Shown: positions 8,463-19,321, counted from the stretch's first letter. The stretch is DNA of 64,000 nucleotides from Helicobacteraceae bacterium (GCA_900766555.1 CAAFVR010000008.1:1-64000); one strand, 5' to 3'. Numbers and translations: made by a program. The notes: generated by a model from the sequence alone, not told the origin.

Positions 8463-9836
8463 CCCGCCAAGGCTTGTTTCTCGATATTTTGAATGCATAT
8501 CTTTGCCCGTTTCAAACATTGCCAAAATAACATCATCTAATCTAACAAGTCCCTCGTCATTTCGCAAAAGCGCCATTTTTGCCGCATTTATAGCCTTTGT
8601 AGAAGCTATTGCATTGCGCTCAATGCATGGTATTTGCACAAGTCCCGCTATCGGATCGCAAGTTAGCCCCAAATTATGCTCCATTGCAATTTCGGCTGCT
8701 GTGCAAACTTGAGCTGCGCTACCGCCTAATATTTGCGCCAAGCCAGCTGCGGCCATTGAGCAAGCCACGCCAACTTCGCCCTGACAGCCGACTTCAGCGC
8801 CAGAAATAGAGGCATTCATTTTGTATAAAGATCCGATAGCTCCAGAAGCTAGGAAAAAATCGCCCAAAATTTCATCCAAATTAGCATTTATATCAATAAG
8901 AAAATTCAAAGCATAATTTAATACCGCTGGGATTATCCCGCAAGCCCCATTTGTTGGCGCCGTCACTACGCGATAGCCCGCGGCATTTTCTTCACTCACA
9001 GCAAAAGCATAAATATTTATCCAGCTAAGCATCGCTAATGAACTTGATTTATCAGATCTGATGGCCTCATACATTTGCTTTGCGCGCCTTTTTACCCTAA
9101 GTCCGCCTTTTAAAATACCATCTGTTCTAAGTCCGCGATAAATGCATTCTTGCATAACGGTAAAAATATCTTTGATATGTTTTTTAAGTATTTTTTCATC
9201 ATGCAAAGCTAGCTCATTTTGCCTCATGAATTCTGCAATTGATAGCTCATTTTTAGAGCAATGATTTAATATATCTTGAGCATTTTTATAGGGCATTGGA
9301 ATTTGTGGGGTTAGCTTATTTTGAGTGTCAAATTCGCTATCTTCAAGCACAAATCCGCCCCCAATTGAATAATATGTTTGTGAAATAAAAGAGCCCTTAA
9401 AATGCGCAGTTAGCGTCATTGCATTTTCATGTTTTGGTAAAAAATGCGAATTAAAAATGAAATCTTTTGCATAATCAAAATCTATTATTTTTAGCGCTTT
9501 TATTTCATCTATTTTGTGATTTTGTATTTGCGGATCTAATATGCCAAAGGGCAATTTTTTGGATGATTTTATAGAGCTATAGAGCGGCTCCATCAGATCT
9601 AGCGGGATACTTTTTGCCTCAAAACCGCAAAGTCCAAGCAAAATCGCAATATCTGTGCCATGCCCGCGACCAGTTAGCGAAAGAGAGCCAAAAACTTGGA
9701 CTTCAAGGCGCGTTAGATCCGATAAATCGCGCCCTTTTAGCAGCTCTACAAAACGATTTGCAGCATTCATAGGGCCCGTGGTGTGCGAGCTCGAGGGGCC
9801 AAGTGCGATTTTAAAAACATCCAAAATTGAGATCAC
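8439..9836 (-). CDS. sdaA: L-serine dehydratase (iron-sulfur, single chain)
   Basis: [24 protein letters not shown]-terminus. 465 aa. Confidence 0.9.
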   Translation of the reverse strand: MISILDVFKIALGPSSSHTTGPMNAANRFVELLKGRDLSDLTRLEVQVFGSLSLTGRGHGTDIAILLGLCGFEAKSIPLDLMEPLYSSIKSSKKLPFGILDPQIQNHKIDEIKALKIIDFDYAKDFIFNSHFLPKHENAMTLTAHFKGSFISQTYYSIGGGFVLEDSEFDTQNKLTPQIPMPYKNAQDILNHCSKNELSIAEFMRQNELALHDEKILKKHIKDIFTVMQECIYRGLRTDGILKGGLRVKRRAKQMYEAIRSDKSSSLAMLSWINIYAFAVSEENAAGYRVVTAPTNGACGIIPAVLNYALNFLIDINANLDEILGDFFLASGAIGSLYKMNASISGAEVGCQGEVGVACSMAAAGLAQILGGSAAQVCTAAEIAMEHNLGLTCDPIAGLVQIPCIERNAIASTKAINAAKMALLRNDEGLVRLDDVILAMFETGKDMHSKYRETSLGGLAKVFCH

Positions 9837-11047
9837 GAAAATAATCCATAAATAATTGCAGAAATTGTCACAAAGCCAAAAAATGTAACAAAAGTATTGC
9901 TGTAGATGCGATTTTTATATCTAGCCATGGCTGGCACTTTGACTATCGCAAACATCGGCATGAGAAATAAAATTCCAGCAATTATTGGCCCACCAAAACT
10001 TTCGATTATTCCTAAAATGCTTGGATTTTTAATGGCCACAAGCCATATCACGATGATAAAAAATATAGCGCTATTTGCCTTAGCTTTTTTACTAAGCGGG
10101 CTGCGTTTTGTCCTAAAAATACCGACTAATCCTTCTCTAGCGCCCAAATAATGTCCAATAAAACTTGAAGCGATGGCCAAAAATGCAATAAGCGGCCCAA
10201 GATATGAAATCCAAGGATTACTAAATTTATTTGCAAGATATGAAAGTATTGATATATTTTGACTTTTAGCCAGCGCTAGATCCGATGGACTAAGCGATAA
10301 CACGCAGCTAAATACAAAAAACATGATAAAAAATACCAAAATAGTAGATGTCTGTTTTGTGATTTTCTCCAAATTTGCCTCAGCTTTTTGAAAATCTCCA
10401 TATTTCGCGCGAAGCGAGAGTACAAGCGAAGAAATAGCTGGCAAATGATTGAATGAAAAAACAAGCACTGGAATGCTAATCCAAAGTGTTACAAAAAAAT
10501 CGCCAGCACTTGGGAATTCCGAAATGATCGATAAGTTCCAATGTGGTATCAAAAAAAGCGACATTCCAAATAAGATAACAGCCAACGGATATGTCAAAAA
10601 GCTCATGATTTTAAACATAAATGATTCGTTTAAAAGCATTATCCCAACTAGCAAAAGCACTAAAATTAGGCTTAAAATTACGCGATTTGGCTGCTCAAAA
10701 CCGAGCTGATTTATGATAAATGAATCTGCCGTATTTGTGATTCCATTGCCATAAATAAGCAAGATTGGAAAAATAGAGAAAAAATACAAAATCGTTATAA
10801 CTCTCCCCGCGCCAGATCCGAAGTGTTCATCAACAACATGCGTAATGTCAGAAAATTTCTGCTTTGATGACAATATAAAAAAGCCAAATCCACGATGCGC
10901 AAAATACGTCATAGGGCCAATTATCACAGCCATAACCACAAGTGGCCAAAAGCCAGCCAACCCCGCATTAATGGGCAAAAACAAAATGCCAGCGCCAACT
11001 GCCGTGCCAAAAAGGCTAACAATCCAAAGGAGATTAAATCTACTCAT
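9833..11047 (-). CDS. sdaC: serine transporter (HAAAP family)
   Basis: 404 aa polytopic membrane protein coupled to sdaA. Confidence 0.8.
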   Translation of the reverse strand: MSRFNLLWIVSLFGTAVGAGILFLPINAGLAGFWPLVVMAVIIGPMTYFAHRGFGFFILSSKQKFSDITHVVDEHFGSGAGRVITILYFFSIFPILLIYGNGITNTADSFIINQLGFEQPNRVILSLILVLLLVGIMLLNESFMFKIMSFLTYPLAVILFGMSLFLIPHWNLSIISEFPSAGDFFVTLWISIPVLVFSFNHLPAISSLVLSLRAKYGDFQKAEANLEKITKQTSTILVFFIMFFVFSCVLSLSPSDLALAKSQNISILSYLANKFSNPWISYLGPLIAFLAIASSFIGHYLGAREGLVGIFRTKRSPLSKKAKANSAIFFIIVIWLVAIKNPSILGIIESFGGPIIAGILFLMPMFAIVKVPAMARYKNRIYSNTFVTFFGFVTISAIIYGLFS

Positions 11048-11107
11048 ACTTACCTTTAATGTTAATGTAGAATGTCACATTTTATTAAAAAACTGAGGTG
11101 TTGGGGC

Positions 11108-11821
11108 ATGAAGCTGTGCATTGCGTTGAATTCTGCGTCTAGATCCGATGATTTGGTAATTTTAAAAGCCCTAGCTAGCAATTTAAGCCAAGATGATATA
11201 TCGCAACTCTACATCAAAATTGGCTTGCAGGGTTTTATACGCGATGGCAAAGATGCACTTTTGGATGTGAGAAAATATTTGCCAAATGCCAAAATATTTT
11301 TAGATCTAAAGCTTTATGACATACCAAATACGATGAGCGAGGCGCTAGGCTTTTGCGCAGATTTAGGCGTAGATTTGCTGACTTTGCACGCAAGTGCTGG
11401 GAGAGTGGCGCTTGAGGCCTGCGCTAATGCTGCTAGTAAAATGCAAATTCGGCCGCTTATTTTTGGCGTTAGCGCTCTAACATCTTTTGATGATGCCGCT
11501 TTTTATGAAATTTATAATGATTCTATTTCGAATTCTGCCTCAAAATTGGCTAGCCTTTGCTTTAGATCCGGACTAGATGGCGCTGTTTGTTCAAGTTTTG
11601 AAAGCAAGCAAATTAAAGATATCACAAGTCCTAATTTTTTAACATTATGTCCTGGGATCCGCCCCTTTGGAGAAAGTGCAAATGACCAAAAACGCGTTGC
11701 TAATCTTGAATTTTGCGCACAAAATGACGTAGATTTTGTAGTAATTGGTAGGCCCATTTATGAAAGCAAAGATCCATCCAAAACAACGCAAAAAATCCTA
11801 GATAAGATGCGTCAATTATGA
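11108..11821 (+). CDS. pyrF: orotidine-5'-phosphate decarboxylase
   Basis: DLKLYDIPNT and VIGRPIY motifs. Start set at the internal MKLCIALN; the ORF track begins at 11072. Confidence 0.8.
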   Translation: MKLCIALNSASRSDDLVILKALASNLSQDDISQLYIKIGLQGFIRDGKDALLDVRKYLPNAKIFLDLKLYDIPNTMSEALGFCADLGVDLLTLHASAGRVALEACANAASKMQIRPLIFGVSALTSFDDAAFYEIYNDSISNSASKLASLCFRSGLDGAVCSSFESKQIKDITSPNFLTLCPGIRPFGESANDQKRVANLEFCAQNDVDFVVIGRPIYESKDPSKTTQKILDKMRQL

Positions 11822-12648
11822 TAATACTGCGCACTAGAAATGAGCTGAAAGAATTTTGCAAAAAAAATTCTGACATTGGTTTTGTACCAACTATGGGCGC
11901 GCTGCACGCGGGACATGAGGCATTAATTAAAAGATCTGTGAGCGAAAATAACATAACAATTGTGAGCATTTTTGTAAATCCCACACAGTTTTTGCCGCAT
12001 GAAGATTTTAATAAATATCCTAGATCGCTTGAACTTGATGCAAAAATTTGCGAGCAAAATAAAGTGGACGCAATATTTGCTCCGGAAATAGATCAAATGT
12101 ATGAAAATACAGAATCTTTTAAAATCATTCCGCCATCATTTCTGACATCTGTTTTTGAGGGCGCGCTTAGGCCTTCGCATTTTGATGGCGTATGTCTAAT
12201 AATAATAAAGCTTTTAAATCTAATAAGGCCCAAAAAAGCGTATTTTGGTAAAAAAGATGCGCAACAATTGCTAATTTTGCAGCACATGGCCAAAGAATTT
12301 TTTATAGATACACAAATTATTCCTTGTGAAATAGTGCGAGATAGCAATAATTTAGCGCTAAGCTCAAGAAATATATATCTAAGCGAAAAGTCAAAAATAA
12401 AGGCCCTTCAATTATCGCGCGCTTTATTTGCTCTAAAAAATACCTATATTTCAGGCGAAAAAGATACAAAAAAGCTCCTAGAAATTGGTAAAAATGAGCT
12501 AAAAAATATTGATTTAGATTATTTTGAATTAATAGATATGGATCTACAAAAAGTGTTAGTTGCTTCAAAAAATACGATCGCAATAATTGCTGGGAAAATA
12601 AAAGATGATCCCAAATCTCCTAGATTGTTAGACAATATATGGCTGTAA
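11818..12648 (+). CDS. panC: pantoate--beta-alanine ligase
   Basis: GFVPTMGALHAGHEALI motif. Confidence 0.9.
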   Translation: MIILRTRNELKEFCKKNSDIGFVPTMGALHAGHEALIKRSVSENNITIVSIFVNPTQFLPHEDFNKYPRSLELDAKICEQNKVDAIFAPEIDQMYENTESFKIIPPSFLTSVFEGALRPSHFDGVCLIIIKLLNLIRPKKAYFGKKDAQQLLILQHMAKEFFIDTQIIPCEIVRDSNNLALSSRNIYLSEKSKIKALQLSRALFALKNTYISGEKDTKKLLEIGKNELKNIDLDYFELIDMDLQKVLVASKNTIAIIAGKIKDDPKSPRLLDNIWL

Positions 12649-13811
12649 TTAAAAAAGCTCTCTTAGTTCTATTATTTGGAATCTCATTTAGTTATGACTA
12701 CATCGATGAGGCATTAAAAAATGGCGAAAATAGTGGTGATTTAATGATTTATGGCGATTTTTTACGCTCCAAATCAAGACTCAATATAACGCCAAATAAA
12801 TTAGCGACATATTCATATCTAGATGACACAAGCTATTTGGTTGGACAAACCAGACTGGAATATATAAGCGGATTTTACAAGCTATTGCGCCTTAAGATCG
12901 GATTTGGCTTTATGTTTCCGCTATATAACGGACATAATAATTTGCAATCAAGCTTTGGAAAACTCGATTATCAAAAAGATTTTTTCAATCGCAACGAAGC
13001 GCAGCTAAGCGAAAGCTTTTTAGAATATTTTGATGGCGATACAAATATAAAAATCGGCAGATTAGATCTAAAAGATAACTTTAATAATGGCCTAATAGAT
13101 GGAATTGCTATAAAAAATAAAAGCCTAAAAGATTTGCTTTTAGAAGCGCAATATATGCGTAATTTTGGGAGATCTAGCTATTTTGAGATGAGCAATTTTG
13201 CAAGATTAGATCCGCTAAATATCGGGCTTTTTAAATTGATCGCCACATATGATTTGAAACCAAAGTTACTAGATTTGAGCGCATATATTAGTGCGATGTA
13301 TAAAAGTTTTATAAGTATTGGTGCAAAATCAAGCGCTAGCTTAGATATTGATAATTTCAAATTGCAAGGTGAGCTAGGCGCACTTGGGCTAATAAATATT
13401 AGAGAGCAAGATTCATCTTTAATACATGCCAAAATAACGCTCAAATATAAAAATTTAGCGGATCTAACGCTAGCTGGCGCAAATTCTAGCAAAGCTGGCT
13501 TGGGCAATATAAATATATTGGGCGATATGCTTTTGCCTGTATTTGACTGGGGCGCTAAGGCCTTTCGCACGCAATCAAATGCAAGTGCAATATTTCTCCA
13601 AAGTGGCTTTAATATGCGCGATTTCACACTTAGCATAGCCTATGGTTTTACATTTTTTAATCAAAAAGAGCTCGTAAATGAGCTTAATATAAATTCAAAT
13701 GTGTATTTAACAAACAATGTTTCACTTGTTATAAACTTAGCAAATACGCATATACAAAGTAGCTTTCCCACTTATACGCAATTAAATGGCGGGGTTAGAT
13801 TTAAATTTTAA
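12639..13811 (+). CDS. putative outer-membrane beta-barrel protein
   Basis: 390 aa with a signal-like N-terminus, alternating amphipathic segments and a C-terminal ...GGVRFKF with terminal Phe. Confidence 0.5.
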   Translation: MAVIKKALLVLLFGISFSYDYIDEALKNGENSGDLMIYGDFLRSKSRLNITPNKLATYSYLDDTSYLVGQTRLEYISGFYKLLRLKIGFGFMFPLYNGHNNLQSSFGKLDYQKDFFNRNEAQLSESFLEYFDGDTNIKIGRLDLKDNFNNGLIDGIAIKNKSLKDLLLEAQYMRNFGRSSYFEMSNFARLDPLNIGLFKLIATYDLKPKLLDLSAYISAMYKSFISIGAKSSASLDIDNFKLQGELGALGLINIREQDSSLIHAKITLKYKNLADLTLAGANSSKAGLGNINILGDMLLPVFDWGAKAFRTQSNASAIFLQSGFNMRDFTLSIAYGFTFFNQKELVNELNINSNVYLTNNVSLVINLANTHIQSSFPTYTQLNGGVRFKF

Positions 13812-13819
13812 GGATTGTT

Positions 13820-14659
13820 ATGAGAGTGAAATATTTTTTAGCGCTGGCATTATTTGCAAGTTTAAGCGCGGAGCCAAAAATAATTGATGGGATCGCTCTA
13901 ACGGTTAATGGCCTGCCAATTACAATTTCAGAAATTAAAGATCTAGGCTCAAAAGCTCAATTGCCAAAAGATGAGGCGATAAATGAGCTGATTTCTCAAA
14001 AGCTGCGTCAAAGTGAGATAAAGCGGCTTAATATCGTGATATCTAATGCGGATCTAGACAATCAAGTTGAGCAAATAGCCGCGCAAAATAACATAAGCTC
14101 AGAGGCCATGTTTGCGCAATTAGCGCGCGAGGGCGAGAGCAAAAAAGATTATCTAGAAAAGCTAAAAAATCATATGCAAACTCAAGCTTTGATTAGATCT
14201 ATCATATTAACCCAGGGTTCAAATATCGGGCTAGATGAAATGCAAGATTATTACAATAGACATCAAGATGAGTTCAAAATCCCAAAAACAATATTGGCCA
14301 CAAGATATGCAAGCTCAAAAAGAGATAGACTTGAAAAAAGTATCTCAAATCCTAATGAGGCTATAGCCGGCGTTGAGCGCGTGAATGAAAAAATAGAGCT
14401 AGATGCTATTCCAGTGCAGATCTCACAAATGTTTTTGTCCACAAAAGAGGGCGATTTCACACCAATTTTAAATAGCCCAAATAATGGCTTTATCTCCTTT
14501 AAAATACGCGAAAAGCAAGATGTGAAATTGCTATCTTTTGATGATGCCAAAAATTTAATAGCGCAAAAATTGTCCGAAGATAGGAGCAATAAAATACTCC
14601 AAGATTACTTTGCAAAGATCCGTCAAAAGGCAATAATTAAAAAAATTCGCGACATTTAG
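13820..14659 (+). CDS. SurA-N-domain-like periplasmic chaperone
   Basis: Signal peptide followed by a SurA N-terminal-like region (IIDGIALTVNGLPITISEI). Confidence 0.5.
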   Translation: MRVKYFLALALFASLSAEPKIIDGIALTVNGLPITISEIKDLGSKAQLPKDEAINELISQKLRQSEIKRLNIVISNADLDNQVEQIAAQNNISSEAMFAQLAREGESKKDYLEKLKNHMQTQALIRSIILTQGSNIGLDEMQDYYNRHQDEFKIPKTILATRYASSKRDRLEKSISNPNEAIAGVERVNEKIELDAIPVQISQMFLSTKEGDFTPILNSPNNGFISFKIREKQDVKLLSFDDAKNLIAQKLSEDRSNKILQDYFAKIRQKAIIKKIRDI

Positions 14660-14725
14660 ACATTTAACTTGATTTCAAACCAAAAATGCTTTAAAATGCA
14701 TCTCTAGCTTTGCTAGATCGGATCT

Positions 14726-14816
14726 GGACCGGTGGGTGAGTTGGCTTAAACCACGTCCCTGCTAAGGACGCGTAGTCGCAAGATTACCGAGGGTTCGAAT
14801 CCCTCCCTGTCCGCCA
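14726..14816 (+). tRNA. tRNA-Ser (anticodon GCT)
   Basis: 91 nt ending in CCA. Anticodon arm CGTCC-CTGCTAA-GGACG, long variable arm, T-arm GAGGG-TTCGAAT-CCCTC. One C·U mismatch in the acceptor stem (5/68). Confidence 0.8.
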
Positions 14817-14890
14817 TTTACTTTCATTTATTTTATAAACTATTTTTTACCGATATTTGTTACAATCAGTAACTTTATTCATAAGGAAAT

Positions 14891-15637
14891 GTGATGAAAA
14901 AATTATCTACTCTTATATCCATAGCTTTAGCTAGCTCTAGCTTTGCTTTTGCTCTGCCAAGTGGCGTTTTTGTAGGCGCTAATGTTGGCGCGCATTTGGG
15001 CGCAGTAGGCAGCGAATCTGGAGAAAGAAAAGGCAATATCCAAGTATCTCAAACTAGCAATTCGCAAACATTTAAATCTACTTTATATCAAGCCGTATCT
15101 CAGGGCAAAGATTTATATATAGATCCGACCGTTGGCTTTCGAAGTGGGGTTATTTATTCGCTAAATTCTTATAATGCATTTCGTGCTAATGCGACATTTG
15201 ATTTCACGCCTTTTACGCTAAAAGATAGCGGGCCTAAAACGACTAAAAATCTATTTCAAGCCGGCGTTGGGCTAGATTATTTGCTCTCATTTGATAATTA
15301 TGATGATGCTTTTGGGCTCTCAGTTGGTGGCGGATTTGATTTTGCCTTTGGTGATTTTGCAAATTATTTTAAATCGCAACAAAATCCAGCCGTTAAAAAA
15401 AGTTTGCATCTGCCGTACTTGCAAGTTGGTTTTTATAAAGGCATAGGCGGCGGATCTCAAGTACTAGATTTTGGTGTAAAAGTGCCTTTTGGTGAATATG
15501 TGCGCTATCCTGGCGATGCAAATAATTCTCTGACTGTACTTGGAACTACGATAACTGGAGCTTATAGTGCTGGGACTTCTTTTGTAGCATATTTGCGCTA
15601 TGCATATAATTTCAAATTGCCTATTTCTGAATATTAA
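14891..15637 (+). CDS. putative outer-membrane beta-barrel protein (OmpW/OmpA-like small OMP)
   Basis: 248 aa, signal peptide, Gly/aromatic-rich amphipathic strands, C-terminal aromatic residue. Confidence 0.5.
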   Translation: MMKKLSTLISIALASSSFAFALPSGVFVGANVGAHLGAVGSESGERKGNIQVSQTSNSQTFKSTLYQAVSQGKDLYIDPTVGFRSGVIYSLNSYNAFRANATFDFTPFTLKDSGPKTTKNLFQAGVGLDYLLSFDNYDDAFGLSVGGGFDFAFGDFANYFKSQQNPAVKKSLHLPYLQVGFYKGIGGGSQVLDFGVKVPFGEYVRYPGDANNSLTVLGTTITGAYSAGTSFVAYLRYAYNFKLPISEY

Positions 15638-15668
15638 TATTTCAAAGGCTAGTCAATAGGGCCCAGCA

Positions 15669-15708
15669 GGCCTAGAGAAGTAGAGCTAGGCGGCTAGGAT
15701 TTATTTTT
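15669..15708 (+). terminator. candidate intrinsic terminator (hairpin plus T-run)
   Basis: ggcctag-N10-ctaggc stem followed by ggatttattttta. Lies between the convergent OMP and fur genes. Confidence 0.35.
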
Positions 15709-16152
15709 AGCCCGACATTTTTTGCATATTACAAAAAGTCTTGTGTCATGACTTATTAGCGTGGATTCGTTCAGATCCGCTATGAGCTTTTGTTTTTGCT
15801 CAATTTCTTTATCCACAAATTCCGTTATTTCGCCACATTCAAGACAAATTATATGATCATGATGCCCTTTGGCTGCTATTTCATAACGCTTACCGCTTTT
15901 ATCGGATTCAAGCGTGGTTATAAAGCGCTCTTTCTCAAGAAAATTTAAAATCCGATATGTCGAGCTTATACTCGTATTTTTATTTTTAACGCGGAGCTTT
16001 TGTGTAATTTCCTCTGGCGTTAAATGCTTTTTATTTTTATACAAAGTACTTAGCACTTCTTCGCGTTGTTTGGAATTTTTCAAATTATTTTTTTTTAATG
16101 TTTCACGGAGACGTTCTAATATCGACTCCAAGGTTTCAATACGATTTAACAC
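15694..16152 (-). CDS. fur: Fur-family metalloregulator (Fur/PerR)
   Basis: HHDHIICLECG...CKKC metal-binding motifs. 152 aa, similar to C. jejuni Fur. Confidence 0.8.
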   Translation of the reverse strand: MLNRIETLESILERLRETLKKNNLKNSKQREEVLSTLYKNKKHLTPEEITQKLRVKNKNTSISSTYRILNFLEKERFITTLESDKSGKRYEIAAKGHHDHIICLECGEITEFVDKEIEQKQKLIADLNESTLISHDTRLFVICKKCRAKNKS

Positions 16153-16177
16153 AATAAATCCTAACTATTTTAAAAAA

Positions 16178-16192
16178 TATTATCATTTTCAT
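16178..16192 (-). promoter_or_regulatory. Fur-box-like AT-rich site upstream of fur
   Basis: Minus strand reads ATGAAAATGATAATA, which contains AATGATAAT, the core of the GATAATGATAATCATTATC box. Confidence 0.3.
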
Positions 16193-16246
16193 ATGTATTT
16201 TAATAATATTTTTCTCATTTTTGTTTTAAATTGATAAATGTTTAGA

Positions 16247-16711
16247 TTAACAGAATCTCGAATGAGTTAAAGCAATCGCAATTGCATCGGTTACATCAAG
16301 TGGTTTAATGTCTTGATTGATCTTTAATATTCTTTTGACCATGAAAGCTACTTGAGCTTTTGTGGCTTTGCCATTGCCAGTTATTGCTTTTTTGATCTGA
16401 AGTGGCGTGTATTCTGCGAAATTTCCAAAATCTTGCAGTATTTTTAGACTCAAAGCGCCTCTAAATTGCGCTAATTTGATAACGCTTTTTGGATTGTAGG
16501 CAAAAAATATATCCTCAATAGCCACGGAATCAATTTTATGCCCCTTTAATATCAGATCTATGGCCTCGATAAATTCCACAATTTGATGCTGTAATATCCT
16601 AGATTTAATATCTATAAAGCCATAATCTAATAATTTAAGTAAAGATTGCTGCTTTTGTAATACCGCATATCCGCAATATCTTGTGCCAGGATCGATTCCT
16701 AAAATGTTCAT
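16247..16711 (-). CDS. ruvC: Holliday junction resolvase RuvC
   Basis: [19 protein letters not shown]-terminus. Confidence 0.9.
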   Translation of the reverse strand: MNILGIDPGTRYCGYAVLQKQQSLLKLLDYGFIDIKSRILQHQIVEFIEAIDLILKGHKIDSVAIEDIFFAYNPKSVIKLAQFRGALSLKILQDFGNFAEYTPLQIKKAITGNGKATKAQVAFMVKRILKINQDIKPLDVTDAIAIALTHSRFC

Positions 16712-16763
16712 TTTTTATGCTTTATGGTAATTTAATATCATTACAATAAAATTTGGCTAGCAG

Positions 16764-18053
16764 ATGGCATATATAGAACTCGAAAAAATCTTTAAAGATG
16801 AATTTAGCAATGCTGATTTTACCAACTATATTTCGAAGTTGAAATATAGTGAGGGCACTATCAAATCGGATCTAGCAACCTTTATAGCTCCAAATATTTT
16901 TATAGAAAATTGGATTAAAACTAAATTTCACAAAAAAATTGCCCTGATATTACAAACGCATCTAAATATCACACCAGAAATTAAAATAATCTCTGAAATA
17001 AATAAAAAGGGCGTTAAAAGTATCAAACAAATTGTGCATAAGGCCGGATCTAGCCTAAATCCTAGCTTTATTTTCAGCTCTTTTGTGGTGGGTAAATCAA
17101 ATGAATTTGCTTATAAAATCGCTCAAGCGGTGGCTAGTGATCAAAGCATTGCTTATAATCCTGTACTTTTCTATGGAAAAACTGGGCTTGGTAAAACTCA
17201 TCTATTAAATGCTATAGGTAATGTCGCTAAAAATAATGATAAAAATATAATTTATATAACTTCTGAGCAATTTTTAAATGACTTTATCTTGCATTTGCAA
17301 AACAATAGCACGCAAAAATTCCGTGAAAAATACAGATCTTGTGATTATTTGCTAATTGATGACATACAATTTTTTGGTGGAAAACAACAGGTTCAAGAAG
17401 AATTTTTTCACACATTTAATGAATTAGTCTCAAAAAATAAACAAATAATATTAACTTCTGATAAAAATGTAAGTCAAATCGCAGGGCTTGAAATGCGACT
17501 TAAATCTCGTTTCAACGGCGGGTTAAATGTTGATATAAAACCACCAGAACTTGATACAAAAATTAAGATAATAAAGCAAAAATGCGTATTAAATCACATA
17601 CAAATAGATGCTGAAATTATTGAATTTATAGCTACAAATGTGGGCGAAAATATACGAGAAATTGAGGGTTTAATAATAAAATTAAATGCTCAAAGTTCGA
17701 TACTTGGCACTCCAATTACAAAAAGCATGGCAGAAAATGCAATTAGAGATGACAAAAGAGCTGTGACTAAAAATATAAGCGTTGAGAAAATAATTGCACT
17801 TGTAGCTCATGAATTAAATGTAAAACCAAGTGAAATAGCCTCAAAAAATAAAAATAAAGATTTAACAAAAGCAAGATACATTGCCATATATCTATGTCGG
17901 ATCTTAATACCAAATTCAATGTCAATGATAGCCGCGCAATTTAATATGAAAAATCACAGCTCAATTAGCAAAGCTTTTAAAACAATAAATGAAAAAATAA
18001 TCCAAGATAGAAGCTTGAAATTAATAATAGATGAACTCAAAAATAAAATATAG
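16764..18053 (+). CDS. dnaA: chromosomal replication initiator DnaA
   Basis: AAA+ motifs (GKTGLGKTHLL, LLIDDIQF) and a C-terminal DnaA-box-binding domain. Confidence 0.95.
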   Translation: MAYIELEKIFKDEFSNADFTNYISKLKYSEGTIKSDLATFIAPNIFIENWIKTKFHKKIALILQTHLNITPEIKIISEINKKGVKSIKQIVHKAGSSLNPSFIFSSFVVGKSNEFAYKIAQAVASDQSIAYNPVLFYGKTGLGKTHLLNAIGNVAKNNDKNIIYITSEQFLNDFILHLQNNSTQKFREKYRSCDYLLIDDIQFFGGKQQVQEEFFHTFNELVSKNKQIILTSDKNVSQIAGLEMRLKSRFNGGLNVDIKPPELDTKIKIIKQKCVLNHIQIDAEIIEFIATNVGENIREIEGLIIKLNAQSSILGTPITKSMAENAIRDDKRAVTKNISVEKIIALVAHELNVKPSEIASKNKNKDLTKARYIAIYLCRILIPNSMSMIAAQFNMKNHSSISKAFKTINEKIIQDRSLKLIIDELKNKI

Positions 18054-18221
18054 TAACGATATATTCACAATTATTGTGAATTATAAAAATGCAAAAATGC
18101 CAAAAAATAGAGCTTTATAAGGCATAAAAATCTAATTTCACAAAAGCACAGTCCATACTAATACTTATAAGATTAAAACTATCAATTTGTTATAATAAAA
18201 GTTCGCAAAACAAGGAACATT
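18054..18221. promoter_or_regulatory. candidate oriC (DnaA boxes plus an AT-rich DNA-unwinding element) in the dnaA–dnaN intergenic region
   Basis: Inverted pair of ATTCACA boxes at 18062–18082 (atATTCACAattatTGTGAATta) and a third box TTTCACA at about 18135. Followed by a very AT-rich 18160–18210 stretch. Epsilonproteobacterial DnaA boxes are TCATTCACA-like. Confidence 0.55.
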
Positions 18222-19313
18222 ATGAAATTCACAATCAAGAAAATTGACTTTGAAATTGCTCTCAATAATCTTCAATCTTTTCTAGATAAAAAAGATCATC
18301 AAATAACTTCAAATGTACATTTTGAGATAAATGATGAAATATTAAATCTAAAAGCAACAGATGGTGAAATAGGAATTGAAACAAAAATAAAAATATCAAA
18401 TGTTGAATCTGATATAAAAGAAATAACAGTAAATGGTAGAGAAATATTAAAAACTATAAGAGTTTTAAGGGATGAAAATATACAAATTGAAATAGAAGAT
18501 AAAAATTTAAAAATTTCTCAAGGTTCTTTTATTTCAAAAATGCAAATTTTTAATCCAGATGAATATCCGATAAATGAATATCCTAAAAATATAAATGAAA
18601 ATAGCGAGATAAAATCATTAAATATTGATAGTAAAAATTTCATAAAAAATATTAAAAAAATAATACCAGCTATAAAAATAGATAATCAAAAAATGTCTCT
18701 AAATGGTGCTCTTTTAGAAATACGCGATTACAATTTCAACTTTGTATCAACAGATACAAAAAGACTAGCAATAATTAGAGAAAAAATACAAACAACAGAA
18801 ACTCTTTATATGATAATACATAAGAGAGCATTAAGTGAAATAATAAAATTATTTAATAATAAACCTGATACAAAAATTTATAAATCAGAATCCAAATTAA
18901 TAATAGTAAGTGAAGAAACAACATTTTTTACAAAAATAATTACTGAAAAATTCCCAGAATTTGAAAGAATAATCCCAAAAGAATTTAAAATCTCACTAAA
19001 TTTACCTAAAACAAAATTATTAGAAATAATAAATAGGATTAGATCCGCATCAGAAATAATAAAATTGACATTTAAAAAAGAAAAAATCGAATTTGAAAGC
19101 GTGGTTCAAAATTCAAGTCGTAAATCAAAAGAAGAATTAGCTTTTGATACAAAATTAGAAGAAGATTTTGAAATTTGCTTTAATTCAAATTTTATAATCG
19201 ATTATATTAATCATACAAATACTGATGTAATTGAATTTTTATCTAATGATCCAAATAAACCTTTTTTACTTAAAAGTGACAATTTTCAAACAATAATTCT
19301 TCCCGTAATCTAA
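18222..19313 (+). CDS. dnaN: DNA polymerase III beta sliding clamp
   Basis: 363 aa directly after dnaA. Confidence 0.85.
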   Translation: MKFTIKKIDFEIALNNLQSFLDKKDHQITSNVHFEINDEILNLKATDGEIGIETKIKISNVESDIKEITVNGREILKTIRVLRDENIQIEIEDKNLKISQGSFISKMQIFNPDEYPINEYPKNINENSEIKSLNIDSKNFIKNIKKIIPAIKIDNQKMSLNGALLEIRDYNFNFVSTDTKRLAIIREKIQTTETLYMIIHKRALSEIIKLFNNKPDTKIYKSESKLIIVSEETTFFTKIITEKFPEFERIIPKEFKISLNLPKTKLLEIINRIRSASEIIKLTFKKEKIEFESVVQNSSRKSKEELAFDTKLEEDFEICFNSNFIIDYINHTNTDVIEFLSNDPNKPFLLKSDNFQTIILPVI

Positions 19314-19321
19314 GGACTTAA

